A stretch of 32,847 nucleotides of DNA from Candidatus Poribacteria bacterium (GTDB lineage: Bacteria > Poribacteria > WGA-4E > PCPOR2b). Below, in pieces: positions 1 through 9,866 of the stretch. Position numbers and translations under genes: made by a program. The notes under the pieces are model-generated. The model did not search any database and was not told the DNA's origin. It saw only the letters and a program-made list of their open reading frames with translations. Every line of letters begins with the position of its first letter. Position 1 is the first letter of the stretch. The DNA lies in contig JAPUIP010000675.1 in NCBI GenBank assembly GCA_027296925.1, positions 1 to 32,847 on the forward strand, read 5' to 3'.

Positions 1-2
1 TG

Positions 3-320
3 CCACCGAACGAATTCGGCGGTTGGAGGCAGTTGCTCATGAGGCTCCCCGATCCTTCGCTGCGCTCGAGGACAGGTTCTGAAGATCGGGGTATCTACTG
101 AGGCATTTCGTACCACAAAAGCCTTAACTTGATCCCTATGGGGGCTCAGGACAAGTACCCTAACGGGCATTCCATTGCCCGTTATGGAAACTTGTGCCGA
201 GCTTCGAGGTATCCCGAGCCCCTCAAAGTTCGGGACAGACGGCACAGGCGGGACAGGCGGGGCAAGCTTTTGAGGGGGCAACCGACCTGGCTCAGAATGA
301 CGGATAATGCTGCATTATCC
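3..320. repeat. Cluster of nested REP-like palindromic hairpins
   Basis: Inverted repeats: ccaccgaa/ttcggcgg (3-22), ccccgatc/gatcgggg (47-91), taacgggca/tgcccgtta (161-184, inside a longer imperfect stem 144-202), cccctcaaa/tttgagggg (219-277), ggataatgc/gcattatcc (302-320). No credible ORF. Confidence 0.6.
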
Positions 321-415
321 ATTATAAATGGTATTATATCACCGTTCCGGGGCAAAATCAACTCGCTCCCGCAGCCGATGATAGCCGCCGGTTTCAGCCG
401 CGTCATTGATGCTTC

Positions 416-456
416 AAAATAAAAAAGGTCATCAACGCCATTGACGTTGATGACCT
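416..456 (-). terminator. Rho-independent terminator of the giant surface protein gene
   Basis: Perfect 12-bp stem aggtcatcaacg/cgttgatgacct (426-456) followed on the minus strand by TTTTTATTTT, about 40 nt after the stop codon at 498. Confidence 0.85.
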
Positions 457-497
457 GAAGGAGTTTTCATTGACAATTGATGATTGCCAATTGTTGG

Positions 498-3400
498 TTA
501 CTTGAGAATGACCATCTTCCGAGTTGCGCTGAAATCTCCAGCTTCAATCCGGTAGAAGTATACACTACTTGCAATCCGCTCACCCATCTGGTTTCGACCA
601 TCCCAGTAGGCGGCTTTGTCGCGAGTGATGTACTCCGCAGATTTCTGGAATCCGAGATCCAGCGTACGGACCTTCTGTCCTTTGACGTTGTAGATGTGAA
701 TCTTCACGTGAGACTCATCTTTCAGCGCGAAAGGAATCCATGTCTCGGGATTGAAGGGGTTCGGGTAATTTTGCAGCAAGACGGATTTGGTGACAACCTT
801 CTTGGGAATTACGCGAACCAGATACCGTCCGGAAACGCCATCGAGTTTGATGCTGCCATCACGCTGGTGAAGTTGTGGATTACCAATCGTGAGAACGGCA
901 TCGCCGAGTGCAACCGGTTTGAGTGTGAAGGTCAAGACGCTACCTTTGCCGGAAACCGGGGTTTGCGCGGCGTTGGCAATCGTCAGCTTTTTACCTTCTT
1001 TTTCGGTTGAAATCTGCTTGGAGATGAAGAAGGTCTGCGATTGATTGCTCAGGAATTTGCCTTCAGCCGCATCGCTAGCGATGACGTGCTTCGGATCAAA
1101 TGCGAGATCAAATCCGTAGCCGGTCACGTTCGTACCATTCTTGAGGTGGACTTCGACCTCAATCTCTTCACCCAGTTCGATTTCGGAGGGAAGTCCAACG
1201 AGCTCGAAGGGGCTGTAGATCGCTTTTCCTGTCGGTGCGGCATTGGCTACACCTGCGTCTCCGGTTGGCGGAATTGCCGTCTTACCGAAGTTTTTCGCCA
1301 GGAGTTGGAAGTCATCGACATCGACCGCTCCGTCGCCATTGACATCGGCTGCATCGAGTGCTTCTGCCGATGTGAGTCCGAAATTGTTGGCGAACGCTGT
1401 CACATCGGTGACGGTGATCTGATTATCTTCCGTCCCTGATTCACCAGCGAGCAGGAAGTCAAACTCCTCACCGGAGTCCGCAAAATCGCCGTCGGCGTTG
1501 GCATCATCGTAGCCCTGAATCAGCACGCCGGTGATGTTTTTGCCGGGGACGATTTCAAGCGGTGTGGTGTGATGATTTTGTCCACGGAGATACGTCGCTG
1601 CTTTCGCCGTGAGGAAGTATTTCCCACTCGGCACGTTGGTCAGTTTGAAGCCACCATCGGTTCCAGTTTGCAACTGGATGCCGGGCGCTGTCGCATCTGT
1701 ATCTTCCGGGGACGTGTAACCAGAGTAGTGTCCAAGGCTACCCGGCTGCCGGAGTTCAAAGGTAATGTCCTCTTGATGGTTTGTACGACCTTCTAGCAGG
1801 ACGTTACCTGAGATCGCCGAGGCTGGATTCGCGATTGTCCGAACGTGAACCGAATTCCCATCATGCGGTATATGCACGCCACCCGCATCATCAATCAGGC
1901 GGGTTTGTCGGCTATCGTCATAAGAGAAGGTCACGTCGGTATTACCCGCAGCTTTTGTCTTGAACGTAACGGTGATGAACGTATCTGTTGCTGCAAAAGC
2001 TGTGGCATTCGGTTGTGTCGAAACGGCGATGAAGTCTGCTTGACCGTTCGTGTTACTGCCGCTGTTTTGGACAATGGTAACGCCCCAGGAGTTCGGTCCA
2101 ATATTGGCCGAACCTGTCAACGCCTGGTCGATACGGAAATTCACACCCGACAGAATCTGTGTACTGAAAGGTGGATCGACGGAGATGGTTTTGGTGCTGC
2201 CGTTATAATCGGCAATCGTTGCACGTTCACCCTTCGCCGTACCACTGGTGACGACGACCTGATAGGTGTTGTAGGCGTCGTCTGTTGCTGACGATAGCCC
2301 AGAGGCAATTAGTGTCGTTCCAGAAGTCGAACCCGCGGAGGTCGTGACTGTGTTTGTAATGGGTTCAGCGAGTTTGCTCAGGGGCTGCGTTTCAGACGCT
2401 AGCTCCAACGTCGTGGTGTTGAAGTTGAGATGGAGACTCGCGTTTTGAACCGCCTGGGCGTTCGTGTCGATTTGAATATCGATATCAAAGTAATCGCCTA
2501 CTTCGTGGAAGCTTCCCGGCGAAACAAGCGAAATGGTGTAGTTCGTAATCGTAACCGTTCCCAGGCTGACGCTGAAGGTTTCAGGAACATCGATGCGATA
2601 GGTGGCTGCTGAGCCGGTTGCGTTGGAAAATGCTGGGGATACGGTCAACTGCTTCGTTCCGTCGTAAGCCGTAATGGTGCGACTGACTCCCCTGTTTGTA
2701 CCACTTGTGATGACCAACCGCGCCCCAACGTATAGATTGGCTGTATCGGTCAGGTTGGAATCTGTAATTTGTGTGGTAGAACCAGAGGTTGTCGTGCCAC
2801 TGAGGACGGGGCTATTCGCCGCAGCAATTCCGGTATTGTAAGCGTCGTTCGTTGTACCGGTGCTCGTATCCAGCACAGCGTAAACATAGTAGGTGCCATC
2901 AGGAATGACAACCTTGTAGGACGTAACTGTCGTTGCACTTACCGCTGAGCTCGCCGCAGGACTGAAGGTGATTGTCTGCGTTGAAGCGACATAGTCGGTA
3001 ATGGTGTGAGCAGATGACAGCGTGCCTGCCGTGAAGAGTAACCGACGACCAATATAGTAGTCGTTCCCAACGCTGGCTGACAACGGCGAATCCGCGCTGG
3101 TGTCAATCAGGGTGGTTGTGCTACCACCGGTCGGCGCTGTTGTTGAGGTCAGGACGATGTCGTCCCAGATGACGGAGTTTGTACCGGTTTGCGCCCCGGT
3201 GCTATCCGTGTTGAGCGCGATATCTCTCTCGATGATCCCTGCCGGCGCGTTCGCGGTTCCGAGCGTGTCGTCGAGATCTCCGAGCGTCTTTGTATTGGTC
3301 GTATCGAAGTAGACATCCACATTGATGGGGACGTTGCTGTTATCATCCCACTCTTCGATCCAGTTGATGGTATAGCTGATCGTGGTTAGATCTGATCCAG

Positions 3401-6400
3401 CGGGAGTGGTCACCACAAGTGATGAACCTCTCTCTGGAACGAGTCCGCCTGACTGATAACCGGCTTCGTAATTACCATCGCTATCGGCGTCAATGAGCGC
3501 GTAGACGTAGTAGGTTTGGTTGTCAAACAGGGGATCGCTGAGGTCGCCGGCGAGATCGAACAGGAATCGATCCGATGGACCATCGGCGTCTTCCTGAACC
3601 GCCGTCGCGGTGAACTTCGTATAACCCTTTGCCGTTGCAACTTGGTCGGTCGTCAATGTGCCGCCGACGCCGGATTGGTTGCGCAGGTCTGTCGTGCTAT
3701 AGAAGAGATTGACTATTGCCGATTGATCATAATCCACATCGGTCCACTCAACGGTGTAGAATTTGTTGGTTGCCGTTGTGGACGTGGTGGAAGCGGGGCT
3801 ATCAACCTGAATGTTGCTGCTGTGAGAAATCGTGACGTTAGTCGCCGCTTTCTTAAACGCCTTATCGGTACTTGCGTCGGTCAGAATCACCCAGGCCGCA
3901 TAATCACCCGCAGCCGTTGTGGAAATGACAGTGGAGTCGTAGTAATTCCAGCCGGAGTAACCACTTGTTTGCACTTCGGGAAGCGCATCATTTCCAGTCA
4001 GCTGGCTCGTCAAGACCAGTGCGCCGGAGGAATCAAGGGCTTTCACCTCGGTCGCGTTCGTTTCGATTTCTGCGGCGGAGTCATAGTCCGATGGATTCGC
4101 GGACACCGTACTGTCTAGTGCGTAGAAGATGCTGACGACTGCCGCATCATCCCAATCGGTAGAGTTCCACGTAATGGTGATCGGGTCCGGCGTCGTCGCT
4201 GTCTGACCAGAGTCTGCAGTTGCTGTGACCGTGATATCGTTAGTGTAGAAGAAGGGACTATGCACAACCGTCACTTTGCCGGGGGCTGTGGCGACTTCGT
4301 CATATATGGCGCCGTTTGGATCATCGGCAACGGCATAGATGAAGTATGCAGCTTCCGGTACTGGATTTGCACCCGATGTACCGAAGCCTGTCGTCAGATC
4401 CCAACCCAGGCTAGCGACTGCCGAAGCATCCAGATCTGTACCGACCTGCACAGCTCTTGTCGCCGAATCTGTCAGGGATACAGCCAAAACGACTGCTGCC
4501 GGCGTCGTAAACTGGGTTTGCGAGACGTAGACATCGATATTTCCTGTCGTCGTTGCCCCGTCCCAATCGGTCCATGCCAGCGTGTAGGTTGTGTGACTGG
4601 TGATCACGGCGGGGTCGGTGCTTGCTGTATCTGCCGTTGCACCCGTGTCTGCAGGCGCGGTAAAATTGATCCCTTTCAATACAACCGCTGCGCTGACATC
4701 AAAAGAGGTCGTTGGCCCGTTATGGTTGAGCGCATAGACATAGTAGGTCGCTCCCGCATCGGTTGCGAGCGCGGAGGTATCCCAGACAAAAGTACCATTG
4801 TTTGAATCTGTGCTCGCAGGCACTGTGGTAATCCGGGTTGTCTTGTTACCATCCAACACATCAGAGACCGAAGTGTAAGTGCCATTCGTTGAGTACCGCA
4901 ACTCAACCGTTGCGCTCGAGTCGGCATCATCCGTCCAGTCGATGTTAAAGGAGGTGAAGACTTTATCGCTTCCCGACGTGGGTGCATCGCTATTTGACGC
5001 TATGAAGACAACCTTGCTGACATTGATGGTGTAGTCCGACACAATCACGTACTCATTGATGTCGGGCTGAGCCGCCGCGGGGGCCAAATAGATATAGTAT
5101 TTGCCTGTCGGAGAATTCCCCAGCGCTGGACTATCCGTACCATTCCATACCGCGGTTGTACTACCCGCCTGAGCTGCTGCTGTAAAGTTCACATGCGCAG
5201 AAGCGGTCGTACCATCCAGATTGTCCTCGTCCGAAATGGTTCCGGAGGTATCCGCGTAGAAGTCATAGGTCTGATTATCTGGCGTGGTTGACGAAATGGC
5301 ATTCGTTGTGAAGGTGGTAATGCCCCGTGCGCCCTGTGGGACCGGCGACGCAAATATCGTCGTATCAAACCAGTCTCCGGAGTTGCCGGTGGCGTTGACC
5401 ACGCTGTCTGCCAGCGTGATGTCCACGGTGCCGCTGTTGGTCAAGTTACAGTCGCGAACCGCAACCCATTCGAAGTCGAGCGTACCTGTACTGGTGTTGA
5501 CCAGGTTGAAAGACGAGCCCGTTGTTCCACTGGCAAGCAGCAGGCGTTCACCCGTCAAATTGACACCGGAGAGGGTTAACTGATCCGCGTTGGTCACTGT
5601 GGTGCCGGCGCCAACGAGAATGGTAATATCTCCGCCGTTGGTACCGCTGATGATCTCTGAATTGATATTCATACCACCATTGAGTGTCAAAGTCGCCGCG
5701 GTTGCAGCAAAGTTATCTATTGTCAGGATGACCCCTTGAACAGTGAGCAATCCGCCGATACTAAAGGTCTGACCGTTGTCAATCGTGAATGTGACAGCCG
5801 TATCAACGGTTACCGGACCGTTAAAGATAACGTTCTGGTTTTGTGCGCTCACATTTGCTTGCGTCACGACCGTCACACCTGAATTTGCTGTGAGTACGGT
5901 GTTGGCAAGCGCAACAGCGGCTCTTAAGGTGACATTTCCTGTGCCGTTGAGGGTCAGCGCCATCGAGGCGGCATCGTCGATGATACCCAGCGCAGAGCCG
6001 CCGGAACCAGTCGTAATGGTCATCGGAGCGGCATCAATGTCTAACGTTGCGGTTGCATCTAAGTCAATCACACCGCCGGAGCTGTTGTCGATGCTGTTGG
6101 CGGTTGCGTTGTCAAACAGGATTGTGGCGGCGCCGGTTGCTTCCAGTTCGCCGTTGAGGCCAATAACCACATTCCCCGTGAAGGTCTGGGCCACAGCAAC
6201 CGTCGTCAATTTACCGTTCAATGTCGTGAGACCGACTTGAACGTCAAGGGCGGCCGTTGTTGCCGCGCTACCGCCGGTGTTGACTGTGAAGGTTCCTGTA
6301 TTGAGTGTCACCGCCGTTGTCGCGAAGGTGCAGACTGCGCCAGAGTTAGCGACGACAATCGAGTCTGCGGTTAAGGTAACATTTGCCACATTGATGGTTT

Positions 6401-9260
6401 GAGCTGCGGTGCCGTCAAATGTTAGTGTCGCAGCACCACCACCGTTCGGAGAAAAGACAGAACTCGCATCGGCGACAGTGAGGTTACCGCCAATATTGAT
6501 TGCCCCTGTCGTTGTGGTGAGGGTGCCAATGCCACCACTACTGTCGATGCTTAACGCGCCGCTGAGGTCCAGTGGAACTCCCGTGACATCAACGGTCGCA
6601 TTGCCAGCAGCACCGGTTGCATTTATTGTGAGCGAGGCAGCACTAATACCGCCCCCCACTGCAGAGGCTGTTAGCGCTGCATCCGTACCAGCATTAACAC
6701 CGCTCGTCAATGTAATTGCACCAGAAGCGTTGATAGTTCCCGTCGCCGCTACATCTTGTGCAATGCTTGGAGGGGCCGCATTAGCGCCACCACCACCAGT
6801 CATTGTGATGGTCCCGGCTGTAATTGCGCCTGCCTCTGTAATTGAACAAGCAACTGCGGCAGCGGCGCTTGTGACAACAGAGATATTTCCACCGCCCAGG
6901 ATGTCGTTACCATTCATATCCAGTGAACAGGCGGTCGCAGCAGGACCGCTATCCATGTCGAGGAGCGTCGTGACGGTTAAATCGCCGGTCATTGAAATCG
7001 TTTGCGCGCCGGTGACGTCGGAGAGATCAACTGTCACAGCGGTCAAAGCCGGAAACGAGAGGGTCAAATCTTGGCCAGCGGCGGCGATTAGATCAAGGAT
7101 ACCCAGGCTAATCGTTCCTGTGCCGCCAGTAAACACGGGGTCTCCACCATTGTCCGTGAAGGTCAGTGTATCCGTGCTTCTCATGGTTAAATTGTTGTTA
7201 GTGATAATCAGTGACGGTACGCCGGTCGTCGCTGCGGTGGAGGTAATATTCATATCCGCATTGACCACGAAATGACTGACCGCAGTCAGTGTTGCGGCGC
7301 CATCTGCAGCGGTAACCGTTACCTGTCCACTTGCGGTGATGCCGTTGTTGGTATTTGGGTTGGGTACACTTGAACCGCTCCCTGATGTCAACGAGGCCAC
7401 ACCTGTGGTAGCCGTATCACCGGTGAGTGTGATTTGGTCAACAACCATGCCACCGCCACCACTCTGTGTGATCGTGGCATTTCCACCCGCGCCATCGGCA
7501 TCGACTGTTATGTCCGCGCCGCCTAAAAGATTATAGGTGCCCAGGGCGAGTGTCGCACTCCCGGTCGCATCGGCTTCAACATTGACGGTGCCGGTGCTGG
7601 ATACGGTCAGATCCCCACCCATTGTGAGCAGATGAGGGCTGCCGCCTGCATTCGTAATATCCAAAGTTCCCACGATTGCCGGACTTGTGGTGGTCACCCC
7701 CGAAGCATGGGTATTTGTCACCAGTACCGTTGCCGCGGTGAGGTTAATGCCTTTCGACGGATCAACGTCGACCGTTTGCGCCACGGTGCCCCCGAAGGTA
7801 ACATTGCCGGTTGGTGCAAAAATCGACAGAGAGCCTGTTACGGTCATATCGCCGTTAATCGTGACAGCATTCGCTGCCGCGGTAAACGTTGGCGAGCTGT
7901 TTGTACCGCCATCTGTGAAGGTGAGATCGACACAGGTGAGGGCAGCGGCGAGAATCAGTTGGGGGACGCCTGAAGCCGAACCCGTTGTCTCAATCACCAC
8001 ATCTCCGGGCGTGACGCCACCAAATACACCGCTGGTGGTTATGGTTGCATTTCCGGTGCTCGCCCCCGCTCGGATGAGAGAGTCAACCGCATCGAGCGTC
8101 GCGGCGCCTGCACTCATATCCAGATGAGCGTTGGTCGCGTTCGAGCTTTCAACGGTGAGCGTACTCGTAATATTGAGATTATCACCCGCACCCTGCGTCG
8201 TAAGTGTGCTATTCACGGTCAGATTCTGCATGGTAACCGCACCACCATCGAATTGGACAGTGCCGCTCGCTCCCGTGTTATTCACAACAATTGACGCCGA
8301 TGCGAGATTCACGCCGGGCGCCGCCTCAAGGTCGATAAGCTGGGTGCCGGTGCCGTCGAAGGTGATGGTGCCTGTTGGGGCAAAGGTAATACTAGCGGCG
8401 CCCGCCGGTATCACAAAATCATCGCCGATGAAAATCGGACCGCTTGAGGTGAGTGCGGGGTTGCCACCGGCATCGGCAAACGTCAGGGTTCCTGACAGAT
8501 CCAGTGTGTTGGAAAGCATTTCAAGTGTCGGAATGCCAGTACCGGCGGTCGATGAGATGGTTAAAGCCGTGCCCACGAAATCGCTGTTGCAAGTAAGCTT
8601 CGCAGCGCCTGCGTTCGCCGTCACATCGATTGTCGATGCGCCGGTGGCCGTCAGCGTCCCGGAGGCCGTCGCTGTCGCGCTTCCCGTTACTGTACCGTTT
8701 GCATCAATCGTGAGGGTGCTCACGCTCACAATGCCAACATTGCTGAGGGTGGCGGATCCGACGGCGGCCGCAAGTGTTTGAACTGTCAGCGGGGATCCAC
8801 CGAGCAAGGAGTTTCCGCTAAGGCTGACAGTGACATTGCCGGTGGCGCCACCACCGGCGGTCTGTATCGTCGTGCCGGTTGTGCCCGAAAGCGTGACGTC
8901 ACCGGAGAAGGTGAGGTTGACGTTTGCTGTCGCATGACCGGTGACTGTGAGGTTTTTGATATTCATCGATGGCAGTTGCACGGTTGCCGTTGCACCCGCG
9001 CTCGTGACCGTCACGTTCGCGTCAGTGGGGATATTGGTCAACGGGTAACCGTTACCCGACGTTTCGTTGAATGTTGCGGTTTCGCCAGCGACCGGCGGCG
9101 CTGTATCGCCAACCCAGTTCACTGCGTCGCTCCAGTCTCCTGACGAACCGCCACCGTCCCAGGTGCCATCAGCCGCGAAACTCGATATGGTAAAAGCTGT
9201 CATCATGCCGAAGGCAAGAACAGCTACTAGAAATCCTCTGAAAAAGCTTGATGTATTCAT
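498..9260 (-). CDS. Giant secreted surface/adhesin-like protein (~2920 aa): signal peptide, beta-helix region, Ig-like repeats, cohesin, carboxypeptidase-regulatory-like domain, dockerin, second cohesin, FlgD-Ig/T9SS-like C-terminal domain
   Basis: ATG at 9260 follows GAGGAGG and starts a Sec signal (MNTSSFFRGFLVAVLAFGMMTAFTISSFA). WDGGGSSGDWSDAVNW cap, T/A/G/S/N-rich beta-strand repeats, recurring YYVYA Ig-like units, dockerin-like DVNGDGAVDVDDFQLLAKNFG, cohesin-like GEEIEVEVHL...GYGFDLAFDP, C-terminal QNYPNPFNPETWIPF...YFYRIEAG. An in-frame ATG at 9353 is an alternative start. Confidence 0.9.
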   Translation of the reverse strand: MNTSSFFRGFLVAVLAFGMMTAFTISSFAADGTWDGGGSSGDWSDAVNWVGDTAPPVAGETATFNETSGNGYPLTNIPTDANVTVTSAGATATVQLPSMNIKNLTVTGHATANVNLTFSGDVTLSGTTGTTIQTAGGGATGNVTVSLSGNSLLGGSPLTVQTLAAAVGSATLSNVGIVSVSTLTIDANGTVTGSATATASGTLTATGASTIDVTANAGAAKLTCNSDFVGTALTISSTAGTGIPTLEMLSNTLDLSGTLTFADAGGNPALTSSGPIFIGDDFVIPAGAASITFAPTGTITFDGTGTQLIDLEAAPGVNLASASIVVNNTGASGTVQFDGGAVTMQNLTVNSTLTTQGAGDNLNITSTLTVESSNATNAHLDMSAGAATLDAVDSLIRAGASTGNATITTSGVFGGVTPGDVVIETTGSASGVPQLILAAALTCVDLTFTDGGTNSSPTFTAAANAVTINGDMTVTGSLSIFAPTGNVTFGGTVAQTVDVDPSKGINLTAATVLVTNTHASGVTTTSPAIVGTLDITNAGGSPHLLTMGGDLTVSSTGTVNVEADATGSATLALGTYNLLGGADITVDADGAGGNATITQSGGGGMVVDQITLTGDTATTGVASLTSGSGSSVPNPNTNNGITASGQVTVTAADGAATLTAVSHFVVNADMNITSTAATTGVPSLIITNNNLTMRSTDTLTFTDNGGDPVFTGGTGTISLGILDLIAAAGQDLTLSFPALTAVTVDLSDVTGAQTISMTGDLTVTTLLDMDSGPAATACSLDMNGNDILGGGNISVVTSAAAAVACSITEAGAITAGTITMTGGGGANAAPPSIAQDVAATGTINASGAITLTSGVNAGTDAALTASAVGGGISAASLTINATGAAGNATVDVTGVPLDLSGALSIDSSGGIGTLTTTTGAINIGGNLTVADASSVFSPNGGGAATLTFDGTAAQTINVANVTLTADSIVVANSGAVCTFATTAVTLNTGTFTVNTGGSAATTAALDVQVGLTTLNGKLTTVAVAQTFTGNVVIGLNGELEATGAATILFDNATANSIDNSSGGVIDLDATATLDIDAAPMTITTGSGGSALGIIDDAASMALTLNGTGNVTLRAAVALANTVLTANSGVTVVTQANVSAQNQNVIFNGPVTVDTAVTFTIDNGQTFSIGGLLTVQGVILTIDNFAATAATLTLNGGMNINSEIISGTNGGDITILVGAGTTVTNADQLTLSGVNLTGERLLLASGTTGSSFNLVNTSTGTLDFEWVAVRDCNLTNSGTVDITLADSVVNATGNSGDWFDTTIFASPVPQGARGITTFTTNAISSTTPDNQTYDFYADTSGTISDEDNLDGTTASAHVNFTAAAQAGSTTAVWNGTDSPALGNSPTGKYYIYLAPAAAQPDINEYVIVSDYTINVSKVVFIASNSDAPTSGSDKVFTSFNIDWTDDADSSATVELRYSTNGTYTSVSDVLDGNKTTRITTVPASTDSNNGTFVWDTSALATDAGATYYVYALNHNGPTTSFDVSAAVVLKGINFTAPADTGATADTASTDPAVITSHTTYTLAWTDWDGATTTGNIDVYVSQTQFTTPAAVVLAVSLTDSATRAVQVGTDLDASAVASLGWDLTTGFGTSGANPVPEAAYFIYAVADDPNGAIYDEVATAPGKVTVVHSPFFYTNDITVTATADSGQTATTPDPITITWNSTDWDDAAVVSIFYALDSTVSANPSDYDSAAEIETNATEVKALDSSGALVLTSQLTGNDALPEVQTSGYSGWNYYDSTVISTTAAGDYAAWVILTDASTDKAFKKAATNVTISHSSNIQVDSPASTTSTTATNKFYTVEWTDVDYDQSAIVNLFYSTTDLRNQSGVGGTLTTDQVATAKGYTKFTATAVQEDADGPSDRFLFDLAGDLSDPLFDNQTYYVYALIDADSDGNYEAGYQSGGLVPERGSSLVVTTPAGSDLTTISYTINWIEEWDDNSNVPINVDVYFDTTNTKTLGDLDDTLGTANAPAGIIERDIALNTDSTGAQTGTNSVIWDDIVLTSTTAPTGGSTTTLIDTSADSPLSASVGNDYYIGRRLLFTAGTLSSAHTITDYVASTQTITFSPAASSAVSATTVTSYKVVIPDGTYYVYAVLDTSTGTTNDAYNTGIAAANSPVLSGTTTSGSTTQITDSNLTDTANLYVGARLVITSGTNRGVSRTITAYDGTKQLTVSPAFSNATGSAATYRIDVPETFSVSLGTVTITNYTISLVSPGSFHEVGDYFDIDIQIDTNAQAVQNASLHLNFNTTTLELASETQPLSKLAEPITNTVTTSAGSTSGTTLIASGLSSATDDAYNTYQVVVTSGTAKGERATIADYNGSTKTISVDPPFSTQILSGVNFRIDQALTGSANIGPNSWGVTIVQNSGSNTNGQADFIAVSTQPNATAFAATDTFITVTFKTKAAGNTDVTFSYDDSRQTRLIDDAGGVHIPHDGNSVHVRTIANPASAISGNVLLEGRTNHQEDITFELRQPGSLGHYSGYTSPEDTDATAPGIQLQTGTDGGFKLTNVPSGKYFLTAKAATYLRGQNHHTTPLEIVPGKNITGVLIQGYDDANADGDFADSGEEFDFLLAGESGTEDNQITVTDVTAFANNFGLTSAEALDAADVNGDGAVDVDDFQLLAKNFGKTAIPPTGDAGVANAAPTGKAIYSPFELVGLPSEIELGEEIEVEVHLKNGTNVTGYGFDLAFDPKHVIASDAAEGKFLSNQSQTFFISKQISTEKEGKKLTIANAAQTPVSGKGSVLTFTLKPVALGDAVLTIGNPQLHQRDGSIKLDGVSGRYLVRVIPKKVVTKSVLLQNYPNPFNPETWIPFALKDESHVKIHIYNVKGQKVRTLDLGFQKSAEYITRDKAAYWDGRNQMGERIASSVYFYRIEAGDFSATRKMVILK

Positions 9261-9576
9261 TTTTTCCTCCTCTGTTTGTTTTCGTCTGTTTTGAAGTTTA
9301 CCCCGTCGGGTTTGTATATTGTTTGAGTCTGTTTTGTGTTTGGATGCGTCCATTTGAATCTCCTATAATTTGTTAGTCTATGTGTCATTCTCACGGTGCC
9401 GGGGGGAGATGGGGGACTTGTTGGCTAGGTATCTATCGGAAGCCGTTTCGGGAAACTTTAGGACTTTTTTGAATCAGATTGTCTCGTCCCTGGGATTTCG
9501 CAAACACACGCTGATGCAACGCCCTGTCCGGGATTGACTCGGAGGCCCGTCAGTATCCAGGCAGGTCAGGCATCAA

Positions 9577-9593
9577 AGCAATATGTATGCCAA
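9577..9593 (-). promoter_or_regulatory. Sigma54 (-24/-12) promoter candidate for the giant surface protein gene
   Basis: Minus strand TTGGCATACATATTGCT: exact GG-N10-GC spacing, near consensus TGGCAC-N5-TTGCW, intergenic and oriented towards the gene. Confidence 0.7.
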
Positions 9594-9706
9594 GACCCCT
9601 AGCACCTAGGGTGAAGGCCTGATCTTCTGCTTTAGCGAGGCCTGAGCTTCGTCTTCAGGCATAGCCTGCATTGTATAGGGGCAAGGATGTATTGCCCCCT
9701 CAGGTC

Positions 9707-9771
9707 GGAAGAGTGCTGATATGTCACACTGTTATGTTGGAAGAGTGCTGATATGTCACATTATTATGACA
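9707..9771. repeat. 22-bp perfect direct repeat (period 32 bp) ending in a TGTCA-N8-TGACA palindrome; candidate enhancer-binding-protein site
   Basis: ggaagagtgctgatatgtcaca at 9707-9728 and 9739-9760; TGTCA 9754-9758 and TGACA 9767-9771; about 115-180 bp upstream of the sigma54 motif. Confidence 0.65.
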
Positions 9772-9866
9772 AATCCGTGTTGGAGAAACCAAGGCAGCGA
9801 AAAAAGTTCGTAGAGGAGGGAGTTCAAAAATCCGGTGTCAAGTATGGCCAATCCACACACTGCGGG

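Noticed and set aside
129-422. 97-aa and 74-aa ORFs at the left edge
   Set aside because: They run through palindromic repeats, have no protein-like features and overlap each other on opposite strands.
9360-9570. Cyclic-di-GMP riboswitch in the giant gene leader
   Set aside because: I could not find the GCAAA...GAAA...GACGCAAA pattern of class I aptamers; an Rfam scan would settle it.
9707-9760. Direct repeat as a mini-CRISPR
   Set aside because: Only two copies, a 10-bp spacer similar to the sequence after the second copy, and no cas genes.
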